Source: Halocafeteria seosinensis (Eukaryota). Taken from it: a DNA stretch of 64,000 bases. This document shows, in pieces, positions 1 through 12,500 of the stretch. The stretch is from positions 1-64,000 of the forward strand of contig LVLI01000305.1 of the NCBI GenBank assembly GCA_001687465.1. The letters are read 5' to 3'. Numbering within the stretch: the first letter of the stretch is position 1; the number at the start of each line of letters is the position of its first letter. The notes beneath the pieces are model-generated. The model was not told where the DNA came from and did not search any database. It worked only from the letters and a program-made list of their open reading frames with translations. A program made the translations under genes and the position numbers.

Positions 1-350
1 CTTGGCGTAGAGAAGCTGCAACTGCGGAATTCGATAATGCAGTGAAGGAAGTTACTCAATCGTTGCTTGGAACAGATTATTTTCAGGATACTCAGGAATT
101 TCATGATTGCTTCCAGTGGCGGCTTCCATTGCGTTATGGCGGATTAGGCCTTACGCAAGTGTCAATGATATCCCTTCCAGTCTTTGTGGCATCGGTATGG
201 GAATCGGGAACGGGTTTTGAAGATGCTGAGCGCAGTTGGCTCGTTAAGGAACTTCGTGAACAGGATGTGAACATTTCAGAGGATGATTTGAAAGAAGCAG
301 CTCCTAGCCGTAAGCCGTTTCCAGAGGTAGAGCTGCATGCATTGGAACGT
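1..350 (+). mobile_element. Fragment of a non-LTR retrotransposon ORF (post-RT/thumb region, CRE/SLACS-like), running off the left edge and apparently 3'-truncated
   Basis: Frame open from position 3: WRREAATAEFDNAVKEVTQSLLG...QWRLPLRYGGLGL...PVFVASV. The FD...LLG...Q.LP.R.GGLGL...AS pattern is typical of the region after the RT domain of non-LTR elements. No downstream zinc knuckle or endonuclease motif is seen. Confidence 0.6.
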
Positions 351-451
351 AGGCTAGCGACACTCATCACCACTAGTACAACCTTAGTAGGACTTCGCTT
401 CTCGGTACCCATTAAATCCGTTCTGTATGTGATTGTTGGCTGTACGAACTG

Positions 452-3400
452 TTACTCCAAGGCAACTCGTGTCCGTTTTGGCTGGCTGCTTCGGTAGCTT
501 CCCGCACGTGTCAGATTAGAATAACCAATGTCCTTGATAGCCTTTGTAGCATGTGCCGTGGTAACATGCATATTGGAAACTGCACACCCCTTAGCACTGT
601 AGGACGCGTATATTACGGCTGTTGTGACTAAGCTTTGTACATCTGCGTAAGTCTCACATGACTGGGTGGCAAAATCTTGCAAGATTTTTTGTGCCTCTTC
701 CTCAATATGGGCAGTTTCAAGCAAGTTCCACAGGAGCATCAGTTTTTCTGCCGACGACGGCGCTGGACAAAGGATATGCTGGTCGATTCTTCCCGCTCGG
801 AGCAACGCTCTATCTATTAAATCGAGCCTCGATGTTGTTGCCAGTACAAATACTCCAGTAAAAGGACTAGCCGCAGTCTTTTTGCTACTTTCCGATCTGT
901 GAGGCACGCTCTCCTCAGCAAGCCTAGACACAGCGTCACCATTTCCATCATCAATGTTTGTGTTAGTATCGAACCCGTCAAGCATGGTCAATAGCTGATT
1001 TACAATCCGGTCATTCACTCCTGTAGTTTGTTGGGATCCTCGCGGAGTCGCGATAGAATCGAACTCATCAAAAAGAAGTATACAGGGCGCAAGTTGAGCT
1101 GCTTCCCTAAAGATACGTCTTACGTTCTCCTCACTAGCACCAATGTATTTGCTGAGAAGTTCGGGGCCCTTCAGCTTTCTGATGTTGACATTAGCAACTT
1201 TTGCCAGAGCTTCAGCTATCTGAAAGAGAGCGTGCAAGTTTTAACAAGCTCTCATGCACGGATATTGCAGACAACTTACTTTAGTCTTTCCACAACCGGG
1301 TGGGCCGTAAAGAAGAAGCCCACCCGACAGCTTGCTTGAGCTCATCGAATACAAGCCACGCCATCTAAGGGGTAGGATAACCTGTTCGAGCAACTTCTTC
1401 TTAACATTCTCCATCCCAATTACTCCGTACTCGCACCACCGCTGTTCCATAGAGGTATTTGGTGAACTATCCTCGATTCCTTCGCCGTCACCGTGTGACA
1501 CGGTCACAGCGTTTATGTTGCGATTCTCCCTAATGAGTCTACGAACGGATAGTCTGAATGCTTTCGCGCTGGAGGTCAACTGGGCTTTCCTGACGTTTGC
1601 CCAGGGGATGTTGACACTGCCGCTGTAGTTGTACCGACGTAAACTATCAAGGATTATTCTTGAGCACATGCTCGCATTGACCGACGAGACCAAATTCCAT
1701 TCACGTCGATGTCTAAGACTTTCTTCTGCAACAGAGAAGCGTAATTCTGGTAGAGAATATGAAGGGAAAGCCTCGATGGCCGTTGCTGAAACTAGAAAAA
1801 CCTTATTGGAGGAGCATAGCGTGAGTAAAGCTTTCAGGATGTGGCTCAGGAGCAGTTCATGCTGGGCAGCATTCTCCATATTACGGATCCGGGGAACGAT
1901 ACAATGAAGATTATCGATAAAAAGAAGAGAGCACCCAAATTCACCACGCACAAGTTCTGCGTAAATTTCCGTGAGTATCTCATAGGCTTTACCAAACTCA
2001 AGGGACGCCAGTTCTTTCCCATCAATAACATAACATGAATGCACAAAGGGGATTTCAAGCATGCAGCGTCTGAGCAAGCACGCCAAGAGCGTTGTTTTCC
2101 CTGTTCCCGAACTACCGCTGACACACAATGAGCACCCTCGTCCGGACGCAAGGAGAGAGTTACGAAATATCTTGACAACGATTTCTGGATACCGTGCTCG
2201 AAACACAATTCCAAGCGGAAGCTCGTATGGCGTCACAGCTTCAGCATTAAATTGGACAGTAGAGTTTCCGGGAAGTTGTTCCCATGGTCCCTCCCACACA
2301 TGAGAGCGAGTTCGCTTCAGAATATTCGCATCTCCAAACGGCCATTCATTCCAATAAATCAATGCAGTATGCTTGAGCGAATCTTCGAGAAGATCTATCG
2401 CGAAATGATCGCCAAAGGAAACCCGCGCTTCTTGTCCAAGGACTATAGGGGAACAACCACCGTCATTGCAAACAACAAAATCTGCAAAACAGTTCGAGAG
2501 AAGAATTCGCACGATACTGCCAGGCCAGCAGAGGAGTTGTCGACTATCACGACTCTCACTCAAGCACGTCCGTATTACTGCGTGCGCTTCTTTCAGGCTA
2601 TTTCCACTCCCAATGTAATTCTTGCGTTCGTCGCCTCCACCTAGAGAGCAGCGTAGTCGCGCTGCCACACTACCCCCTATTAAGTACCGAACAGGGCGCA
2701 GCTTCAGCGTATCGCTAGGTGCATGGCCGTTACTATTTAATAATTCGGTATTACGCACAGACCAAACGGTCAGTCGAACGTACGGCTCGCGACTCTTGAA
2801 GCCAAAGAACAAGACGAGACGCATCAGGCAGGCCGACGTGGGTAAGAGAGTTCCGTGACCCACATACTTGGAAGAAATCAGTGTACAGGGAATTGTCGAT
2901 CTGGAAAGTCGTGTTGGGTGACTTTGCCCTACCCACATGGTCATTGACGTTAAATCAATTGCTGCTATCCCGTATCTCTGATCCAATGCACCAGTAGCGT
3001 TCCGGAAAAAAGCTGAGTAGTCCTCAGGGTTGACGAGAATGCAATCAACAAAACGACTATGACCAAGGATTGCACTAGTTTCGATATTCGTCAGTTGAGA
3101 CCGGTCGAGAATAGCCTCAAAAGCGTTCTGAAACTCTCGAAGAGCGCGATCTTGATATTGTATTGTCTCATAAACCGCTTCTTCATGTTTCTGAAAACTT
3201 TTAGGGCATGCATTGACTGCAGAACTCCTAAGAGGAAGTATCCACGGAGGAGCAAACGTGCGCATTCCAATGTTCATGATACGCATTGCGTTATCATTCT
3301 CCCACCCATCGTTCTGTCTCTGCTCCCTCGAGCCATCCTCTAAATCTATCTCAAGTTCGCTATCTCTCACAAACCTAAATATCACATTCCGACTCTCGAG

Positions 3401-4222
3401 AGCTTTGTAAGTTGCCCCTCGCGGAGTTTGCACCTCTTTGATGTACAGGTCAACGTACTGATTCTCTTCCGACAAACCCAAATCAAGACATATAGTATCA
3501 CCTACTCTTGCATGTGAAATTCTCCTAAGAAACAGTTGGCAAACGGTTTCCTGCGATGCATGCAAACTTGCATACACCTCAACATTTGCAACAGTCGCTA
3601 CGATGCGTGAAGCCACAGGACAGTTCTGATCGCTCCAAATCCAGATAGTGGCCGACAGAGTAGTAAGTTCATGAAACTCCTTCACTTCTCCGCATGTGTA
3701 GTTCTTGAAAGTATAGTTGCTTAGTGCCGTCTGGTAGAGTGAAGAAGAAATTTCTACTTCCTCTCTGAGGTTAGCAAACGATTATCAAGCAGTCCAGTTG
3801 CGACGAGCAGAGGAGGCACTGCGAAACATACCTATTGTGTACGAGACCATTCCATGTTGCCGTAACTTCTGGCGCGGTGACATTCTCTGGGTCTGTTGTT
3901 GCAAACGCGGTAGGAACGGTGGTGCGATTGCCTGTCTCCAGCTCCAGGGACAGAGTGACAGGAAATAGCTGCGTGGAGGACGGTGTTGTCTGCATCTACG
4001 TGCCCGGAGAGCTTATATACCAGTGGACCTTACCTTTCCACTGACATTCCACCGCCCTTGGACAACTTGTTCCGCCAACGACTGTGGAATGCGAACGAAG
4101 GATCCAATAGCCGTGCCATCTTCGTGCTCTTGAGAGGCCTTGTGATCGGCCTTGACCAAAACCCGGCACAACTTTCGAGCCAGAGGTTTTGTTGTCCTGA
4201 AGATCTCCGCGTTTTCGTACAT
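452..4222 (-). CDS. PEX1: Peroxisomal AAA+ ATPase PEX1 (multi-exon)
   Basis: Two AAA modules: D1 GSSGTGKT, and D2 LLYGPPGCGKT / KGPELLSKYIGASEENVR / LLFDEFDS / DRIVNQLLT / SRLDLIDRALLRAGRID. Intron 1220-1279 joins ORFs 1241-3685 and 452-1237. Upstream exons (~4030-4222, ~3832-3990) resemble the PEX1 N-terminus; the start is approximate. Confidence 0.85.
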
Positions 4223-4772
4223 ACCTCCAAAATATGTCGGGAACGAGCCATTCTCCTAGATCCAGTATCCCATCTGTCATCGTCTCAAATAATCTCTCCG
4301 AAAGTCTCTCCAGGCTGATTCTCTGCTCAACTGTGAAGGTGAACGAGCAAGTAACAAATTGGGCGGCCCAATTTGGGCCCAAATTTGACGTGTTGACATA
4401 GCATTGGTATTATCAATTTCAGTTAAGTATAATAAGGGTCATATATACATATGTATATGTTTGATGGCGGTTAATGTGCCGTGGATATATAAGGAAGGCG
4501 GAAGTACATTTCCATTTGCTTGATGTTGCAAATAATGGTGGCAGCCTTGGACGCATCTTTGCAAATTGCTGATCCTGTAATGTGAAGAAGTTCTTATGAT
4601 ACCGACATGGTGTTGCACACACAGACCAAGGTGTGACGACCTCGACGACGAGGTCACACATATCAGAATGATGATGAAGCTACAGCTTCCCGGATACCCA
4701 GAGAATTCGCCCAGGAAGTTCTTGTGTATACTCTCAAGAAGGCAGGTTGGAATTGCTTCCTGTCTGCGTAAT

Positions 4773-4794
4773 TGTGTGTGTGTGTGTGTGTGTG
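4773..4794. repeat. (TG)n microsatellite
   Basis: About 11 TG units read directly. Confidence 0.95.
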
Positions 4795-5146
4795 GATAGC
4801 TTGAACTTTCCCATCAATAGTAATGCCGCCTTATTTAGTATATTGATCATCTCTAACTCATTAGATCCCTCAGATGCTGCTCTAAAGTTGAGTCTCGAGG
4901 CTTACTAATGGACCATATCATAGTCACCATACGTTACGGTGTGGGACACCGTGTGGGACCGGGGGTCGGCGTCGGTTGAAGTGTAGCAGGCTTGGCAGAT
5001 GGTCTGTATTAGACACCCCGCGCACAACTGTGTTGCCCAGTGCTATACCACAGTTATTCGATTGTGAGGGGAAGGGGTTAGAATTTCCTTCGTAGTGCTA
5101 CTGACCATATTTTTAACGTGTCATCCTCTGTAGACGTGTACAGCCA

Positions 5147-8029
5147 TGTCCGAAGGTGAAGGAGCCATCAAAGACAAGGCCGTTAAGGAGGTATGTATGC
5201 ACAGCACTCGCTCTTTCCTAGAAAGAAGCATGTATATGGAAATACGGAGACAGAATTGGGAGACTGCCCTGGCTTGGCGTTCTCTTTCTCCGTAAATTGT
5301 GTAATGCATGAGTGGTAACTCGTTTGGTTCTCCTTTGGATTCAAATTGCAGGCTGCTGCCGATATTGCGGCAAAGCGAAGGTACTTATCGATGTTTCGCA
5401 AATACGGTTGGAAGGAAACTTACCCACACATATGCTCTTCCTTTAAATACGTGTCATTTGCAGCGAATGCGTCAAGGTCTACGTTCGATGTCGTCCAATT
5501 TTCGGCAAAGAAATTACCGAAGGAAGAGAAGTGTATGTTGTCACACAAATACCAGCTGCGTATCGTAGTGGGCTGAAGTAGTGATGCAACCGTGCAGGGT
5601 GGTTGAGACTAGTGAGGACATTGGTGAGATAAAAATATGGAACCCAAAAGCAGATGAATCCGAACCTCCCAAACATTTCACCTTCGACGGTGTGTTTGGA
5701 ATGGAGTACGTCATTCTCGGATGCTTACACCACGGAACATTGAAGAGAGTTCTTATCGCTTCTTCTATGTTTACAGATCTAAACAGGAGCAAGTCTACAA
5801 TTCTTGTGCCTATCCGATAGTGGGTACGTTCATGAAAGTGAGGTAAACTGGCGTTGCTGATCTCAGACCTGGCTTCTCTTTGCTTTCGGCAGACTCCGTG
5901 CTGAAGGGCTTCAACGGCACTATATTTTGCTATGGTCAAACGGGAGCTGGTAAAACGCACACAATGGAGGGATTGAGTGACCCTCCAGAAGAAAATGGAA
6001 TCATGCCGAGAAGTTTCAACGACATCTTCAACCGGATCAACAGTATTGAAGATCCTGATAGTCAAGTATGTGCCTTACCGCATTCCCCTATCCAATCTTG
6101 AAATCAGAATTGTGTGGTTCGCAGTTTCTCGTCCGGACTTCGTACATGGAAATTTACAACGAAGATATTCGTGATCTGCTTGCCCAGGACCCGAAAAACA
6201 AGAAAGAATTGAAACAAAGTGTCGACAAAGGCGTATATGTGAAAGACTTGACTTCATTCGTTGTGAAATCGGCTGAAGATATGCAAACGGTACTTCAAGC
6301 AGGCAAAAAGAACAGGAGTACTGGTGCTACTCTAATGAATCAATACTCATCCAGGAGTCATAGTATATTTAGCATAACAGTAGAGACGTCAGAGAAGGGA
6401 GCCGACGGCAAGTCTCATATCCGCGTGGGAAAACTCAACATGGTGGATTTGGCCGGAAGCGAAAGACAAAGTAAGACTGGGGCTACTGGCCAGCGTTTAA
6501 AGGAAGCGACAAAAATTAATTTATCGTTGTCGGCTCTGGGGAATGTAATAAAGGCTCTCGTAGATGGAAAGAGCACTCACATACCATATCGTGACTCCAA
6601 ACTCACGCGATTATTGGAAGATTCCCTTGGGGGTAACACGAAAACTGTTATGGTAGCCAATTGCGGGCCGGCGGATTACAATTACGAAGAAACTCTGTCG
6701 ACTCTTCGTTATGCTGACAGGGCCAAACAGATCAAGAACAAACCGAAGATTAATGAGGATCCGAAAGACGCAATGCTGCGGGAATTCCAGGAAGAGATTC
6801 AACGTCTTAAGGAGGAATTAAAGAAAAAAGAAGAAGAAGCCCAACAGACTCAAAGGGTGACAATAGATGGCAAGGAAGTAGATATACCAGTTGCAGCTGA
6901 GCCAGACACAGTCCAAGAGTACGTTCAACAAGAAGGTATTTCTGAAGAGAAAATGAAAGAACTTCAGGAGCAAGCGGAAAAAGAGAGGGAAGAACTCCGA
7001 AAACAAGCAGAGGAAGAAAAAGAACAGCTACTGAGTGAACAAGCCAAAACTGACGAAGAAAGGAAAAGGCTACAGGAAGAACTACAACGTAAAGAAGAGG
7101 ATCATAATGCTGCAGAGCAACAGCGAGAAGAACTGTCGAAGCAGTTGTCTCAAATGCAGGAAAAGCTACTTAGGGGTGGGGAAATTATGGATGAAGCGGC
7201 TAAGCAACAAGAAGAGCTAAAACGTGCTCAGGTGGAACTGGATGAAAGAAAACGTCAAGAAGCTGCACTCGCTCGAGAGCTTGAGGAGAAGAATTTGATG
7301 ATTGAAGATCAATACAATAGCATGGCGGAAGAAGTTGAGGCAAAGACAAAGAAGCTGAAGAAAATATGGTCTAAGTATCAGTCTGCTCGAACAGAAATTA
7401 AGGATTTAAAGTCGGAATTCCAGAAGGAGCGCGAGGATATGCTTGATGTGATCCGTGAGATGAACAAGCAGTTGAAGCTTAAGCAAGCAATTTTAGACTC
7501 ATTTGTCCCCCCTCAAGAAGTTGAAAAAGTAAGTATAGGACGTGTGATGTACTTCTTAGCAATGTGACCTTATTGCGCTGCTGAATCACAGTTGGAGTCG
7601 CGTGCAACATGGGACGAAGAAACTGATGAGTGGCACATATCCAACATAGAGCTTGCTGGCAATCGGATCAGGCCCGAGCGGCCGGTGGCTACAGAGGGAT
7701 CAAAATATCCTGAATCAGAGTATAGTCGTAATCGTCGAAAGTACGATGAAAGCTCGCGATACAAGCAGGAGAATCTAACCCATTTGGATTTGGACTTACC
7801 GGAAAGGACCACCGAAGATTATGCAGGTGCTGATGCACACGACCGGATTGCCTTAATGGGAGAGGAAGAGGAGGAAGAAGCTCTCAAGGACCCCTACTTA
7901 CGATACAATGACGACGAACCAGGTCAGGGTAGAGAGGAGAAACGCAAGAAGTCAAAGAAAGCAAAGAAGAAAAAGAGCCCACGAGAGGACGAAGAGGTTT
8001 ATCCACAGGCCAGGGGCTTAGTAAGATAA
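5147..8029 (+). CDS. Kinesin-2 motor subunit (KIF3A/FLA10-like), multi-exon
   Basis: Spliced N-terminus MSEGEG...[12 protein letters not shown]. Motor motifs [55 protein letters not shown]. Coiled-coil stalk, and a C-terminal YPQARGLV tail typical of KIF3A/FLA10. Confidence 0.9.
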
Positions 8030-8122
8030 GCACTGCAAACCGATGAGAAAACAACCTCACGCACGTGTAAAGCTTTAGATCCCACGCTAAGTGAAAAACG
8101 AAATATACACAGCTGTATCCTA

Positions 8123-8897
8123 TTACTTCTTTGCATATGAGAGCTGCAAGTTCTGAGTCGGAGAGAGCTTGTAGTTGTGCAGTCCCTGAAGCGCCGGTAA
8201 AGCGTTAGCGATGCTATCAAATTCAATGAACGCCACGCCTTTACCAGGTACCATTCGAACCTCCTGGAAGCCATGGTATTGACCAAATAATGCGCTAAGC
8301 ATGTCTGAAGTGATTTCGCTGGGCAGATTTTGCGCAAACAGGATCTTGTTGGGGGGGATGTGTTGAGGCTGTGGTGGTGCTGGGATCATCACGGGTTCAG
8401 CACTACCATCAGTCGACACTGCAGCTCGCTTTTCCGCTTCTTCTTGTGTTTCTGCTTTTCTCTTTGCTGGAGGGACATACGTCCCATCTTTCTTTGCTAC
8501 TGCATCTGATTTCTTCTTTGCGAAGTGGATCCTCTGCATGATTCCAGTGCTTAAAATTAAACTCACTGTTACAAAATTCCCAAAAGAAACGTACCATGGG
8601 TTTATCATAAAAAGGGAAACCTTGCATTTGCCTTAGAGCATTCGTAGCCGATGCAACATCCTCGAATACCACCCAGGCTTGCCCTTTCATACGCAGCGTC
8701 CGACTACAAACAATATCCAGGATATGGCCAAACTGAGAGAAGACGGCATACAAAGACTTCTTCATTTGGGCCTTCTTTATTTTCTCATTTAAGTTATTAA
8801 TATATATCGTATGATTCGGCGGCACATCACTTGTTATCATCTGCGTAGGGGGTTGATAGCCTGAAGTGTCATGCTGCTTGTCTTGCTCGGTTGCCAT
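8123..8897 (-). CDS. U1A/U2B'' (SNF-like) snRNP protein with two RRMs, one intron
   Basis: [16 protein letters not shown]...[10 protein letters not shown]...MKGQAWVVF...[17 protein letters not shown]; second [15 protein letters not shown]...[17 protein letters not shown]. Confidence 0.93.
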
Positions 8898-9510
8898 TGT
8901 GTACGTCGTCTAAGGATATATAACAAGCGGTTCAAAGGATCCAAAAACTAAGCCTGAGGTCGTATACCTGCATTGATTTCAAACACCGCGGCCATTACGT
9001 GCCGCAACCTGTTGCTAGAGTCGCCAGAGGCTCTCGGCCTCCAAGCGTAGCAAAGCGTAGCACAACAGGGAAATCTTTTGTTTGCCGTGCAAGAAGTGCC
9101 CTAGCTGACAGACGCCCCAGTATGTCCCCTCAGGGTTGACCCACATGTTTTTTGTGGAAGTACTCCCAGGGAGTTGTGAGAAAAGATTGACACCTCTGAC
9201 GAACTCGACTGCATTTGCGTAGAGTCATAGAAGGCCTGTTCTCCTTTCACCCGTGGATGTGTAACATATACAATTTGCGTTGATTCACTCTTTCACGTGC
9301 AACCGTGTACGTGAATTTGTAGGACTGGATTGGTACGCTGCGAGAGCGGCCATAATTGGTCCTGAGTCCTCGAACTGCAGGGACACGTCCAGGGTGTATA
9401 AGCACTATCTAAGGTGTGTTTTTGTTCAGTCGACCGTCGTCTGATTATACGGTTTGTGCTTCTTTGAGATATCTAGTTCGTTTTAGTGAGTGGGGGAACA
9501 GCGACTAAAA

Positions 9511-12500
9511 ATGACTGACGAAATCCTGAGGAATCGGCAGTACGAGTATGGGCAGGTAAGTCTTGGAAGCTTCTGGCGGCCATTAGTTCTCGAGTCATTT
9601 GTTCTCTCTTTGCTGCAGAATGCGAACTTGGTTCTCCAAGCAGAACGAGACAGTTCTCGTCTTCGCGAGCCTACAGGGGAACCAGAGTCTTTGCGAGACA
9701 AACCGATGGGGAAGATGGGGGATAAGGTTGCAAAGGAAAAGCCACAAGAGTTGGAGCAAAAGAAGAAACGCCCGAAGAAAAAGTACGTGTAATGTTCTCC
9801 TATTCGTGTGAATGGCAAATTGTATTTTGTCGAATTGTGCTATTCAACAGACGGCAACGTGAAGAAGTGGAGCAGGATAATTCGCGCAGGAAAGGGAAGA
9901 GAACTGGAGGAGTCTTGTTTTCTGATGATTCTACCAATCCATTAACCAGTGAAGGGACCAGTGGAGTCGATACCAACTTCTACCAGCCAAAGACGGAAGA
10001 AACAAGAAGTGTTTACGAGAGATTGCTTAGTTTCATTCAAAAATACCTCGGTGATCTTCCCCATGACTATTTAGCTGGAGCAGCTGATGACATCTTGGGC
10101 TCTCTCAAATCAGATAATCTGAGCGATAAGGAGCGACAAAAAGAGGTAGAGTCTGTATTGAGCTCCAAAGTTGGATCGGACGAGTTCAACAAGGTATGCG
10201 GCATGTTAGTGTCGGTTGTATCTTATCATCGGTACTTACCGCAATTACAAATTGAATGCAGCTGGTAAACATGGGAAAGAGTATCACCGACTTCACTGTT
10301 AGCGATACGTCGAAGCAAGAGGCTAGCGACGAAGAGGGTGTAGACGATGAAATGGGAGTTGCTGTAGTCTTTGATGAAGAAAGTGAAGAAGAGGAGAGTG
10401 AACTCGATGAAATACCGGAGGGCGAATCAGATGAGGAGGATGAAGGTGAGGAAGCAACAACAGGAACCGGACTTGCTGCTGGTGACGATGAGGAAGAAGA
10501 AGAAACGGAGGAAGGGGAGGATCATGGGATATCACCGGCTGAAATTGATGCCCAATGGCTGCAACGTCAGTTGAATGAATATTACAAAGATAGCATGGTG
10601 ACCTCTCAACTCAGTAAGGATATCATTCAAATATTACAGCAGCGAACCGAACCGAGGAGTGTGGAAAATAGCCTTGTGAGTCTTCTTGGGACTGATAAGT
10701 TTGAACTGATCCGTCTATTGGTGAAGAATAGGGCAACGGTGATGTATGTAACCCGGCTGAAACAAGCGCAAACGGAGCAGGAACAGCAAGAAATAGAAGG
10801 GGAGATGCTTAACGATGAAGAAGGAGCTGACATTCTTTCGAAGATCAAACAAAAGCAGTCCGCCGAAAATTGGGCTGCAGACCGAACTGGTAAGATTACG
10901 TCGCTAGTCAAGGAAGAAGCACGCAAATTAGGGAAATCACGAGGTGCCGTCGCTCATCAAGAAGACGAGGAGAATGATGACGTGGTGATGAATGGCACAG
11001 CTAAGAAGGAACTGCGGCCCCAAAGGACGGTAGATCTCGAATCACTATCGTTTTCCAAAGGAGGTCATTTAATGTCCAACAACACATGTGAATTGCCCAA
11101 AAATAGTTGGCGGGCACAGAAAAAAGGATACGAGGAAGTCCATGTGCCCGCAAAGGATCCAACTCCATTTGCTGAGGGGGAACAACAGATAGCGATTAAA
11201 GATTTGCCGGAATGGGCTCAGCCTGCGTTTAGCGGAATGCAAAAGCTTAATCGCGTTCAGTCCAAGATCTGTAAGTCGGCTCTTGAGAGTTCAGAAAATT
11301 TGCTGCTATGTGCCCCGACGGGGGCGGGAAAGACAAACGTGGCTATTCTTTCCATGCTGAGGACACTGCAAAATTACCAGCGAAGTGATGGGACTTTCGA
11401 TTTAACAAAATTTAAAATCGTGTACATAGCTCCGATGAAAGCGCTTGTTCAAGAGTTGGTACAAAACTTTTCCGCCCGTCTAACTGAACACTATGGGTTG
11501 AATGTACGTGAACTCTCAGGTGATGTGTCACTGACGAAAGCTGAAATTGCTGACACCCATATCATAGTCACAACCCCCGAAAAGTGGGATATTATTACCC
11601 GCAAGGCTGGCGATCGCACTTACACCCAACTCGTTCGACTAATGATATTCGATGAGATACATTTGCTCCATGATGAACGTGGAGCTGTGCTGGAAAATCT
11701 TGTAGCACGCACGCTCCGACATGTTGAGAGTACTCAAGAGCTGATCCGCATGGTCGGTCTATCTGCTACTCTACCTAACTACTGGGATGTTGCCGCTTTT
11801 CTTCGTGTAAGACCGTCCTCAGGACTATACTTTTTCGATAACAGCTTCCGCCCGTGTCCTCTAATGCAACAGTACATTGGTGTAACTGAGAAAAAGCCTA
11901 TGAAACGCCTAGCTCTAATGAACGATATTTGCTACGAGAAGGTGTTGGAAGCTGCTGGTAAAACTCAAATGTTGATATTTGTACACAGCCGTAAAGAGAC
12001 GGCCAAAACCGCAAAGTTTTTGCGAGATAAAGCGGTCGAACAGGATCAACTGGCTATGTTCGTCGGAGAGGATACTGCCACTAGGAAGATTTTGCAGGAA
12101 CAAGCCGAACAATATGTCCACAATGGAGACCTGAAAGACATGCTGCCGAATGGGTTTGCAATCCATCACGCCGGTATGCATAGGGAAGACCGCACTTTGG
12201 TGGAAGATCTGTTTGCGGAGAAGCACATTCAAGTGCTGGTATCAACGGCCACCCTAGCATGGGGCGTTAACTTGCCCGCCCATACAGTTATCATTAAAGG
12301 AACCCAAGTCTACAGTCCTGAACGCGGCTGTTGGACAGAGCTGTCCCAGCTAGATGTCCAACAAATGCTTGGGCGTGCCGGACGTCCACAGTACGACACG
12401 TTTGGTGAAGGTATCATTTTGACCAGTCACAGCGAACTTCAGTACTATCTATCTTTGATGAATGAGCAACTTCCAATAGAGAGTCAGATGATGAAACGCC

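Noticed and set aside
8030..8122. Searched for a U1A autoregulatory PIE element (AUUGCAC) in the U1A 3' UTR
   Set aside because: Only a single imperfect TTTGCAGT; no paired sites
9202..9214. AACTCGACTGCAT resembles a segment of vertebrate U1 snRNA
   Set aside because: No ACTTACCTG 5' end or ATTGCAC loop at the expected distances; a short match is likely chance
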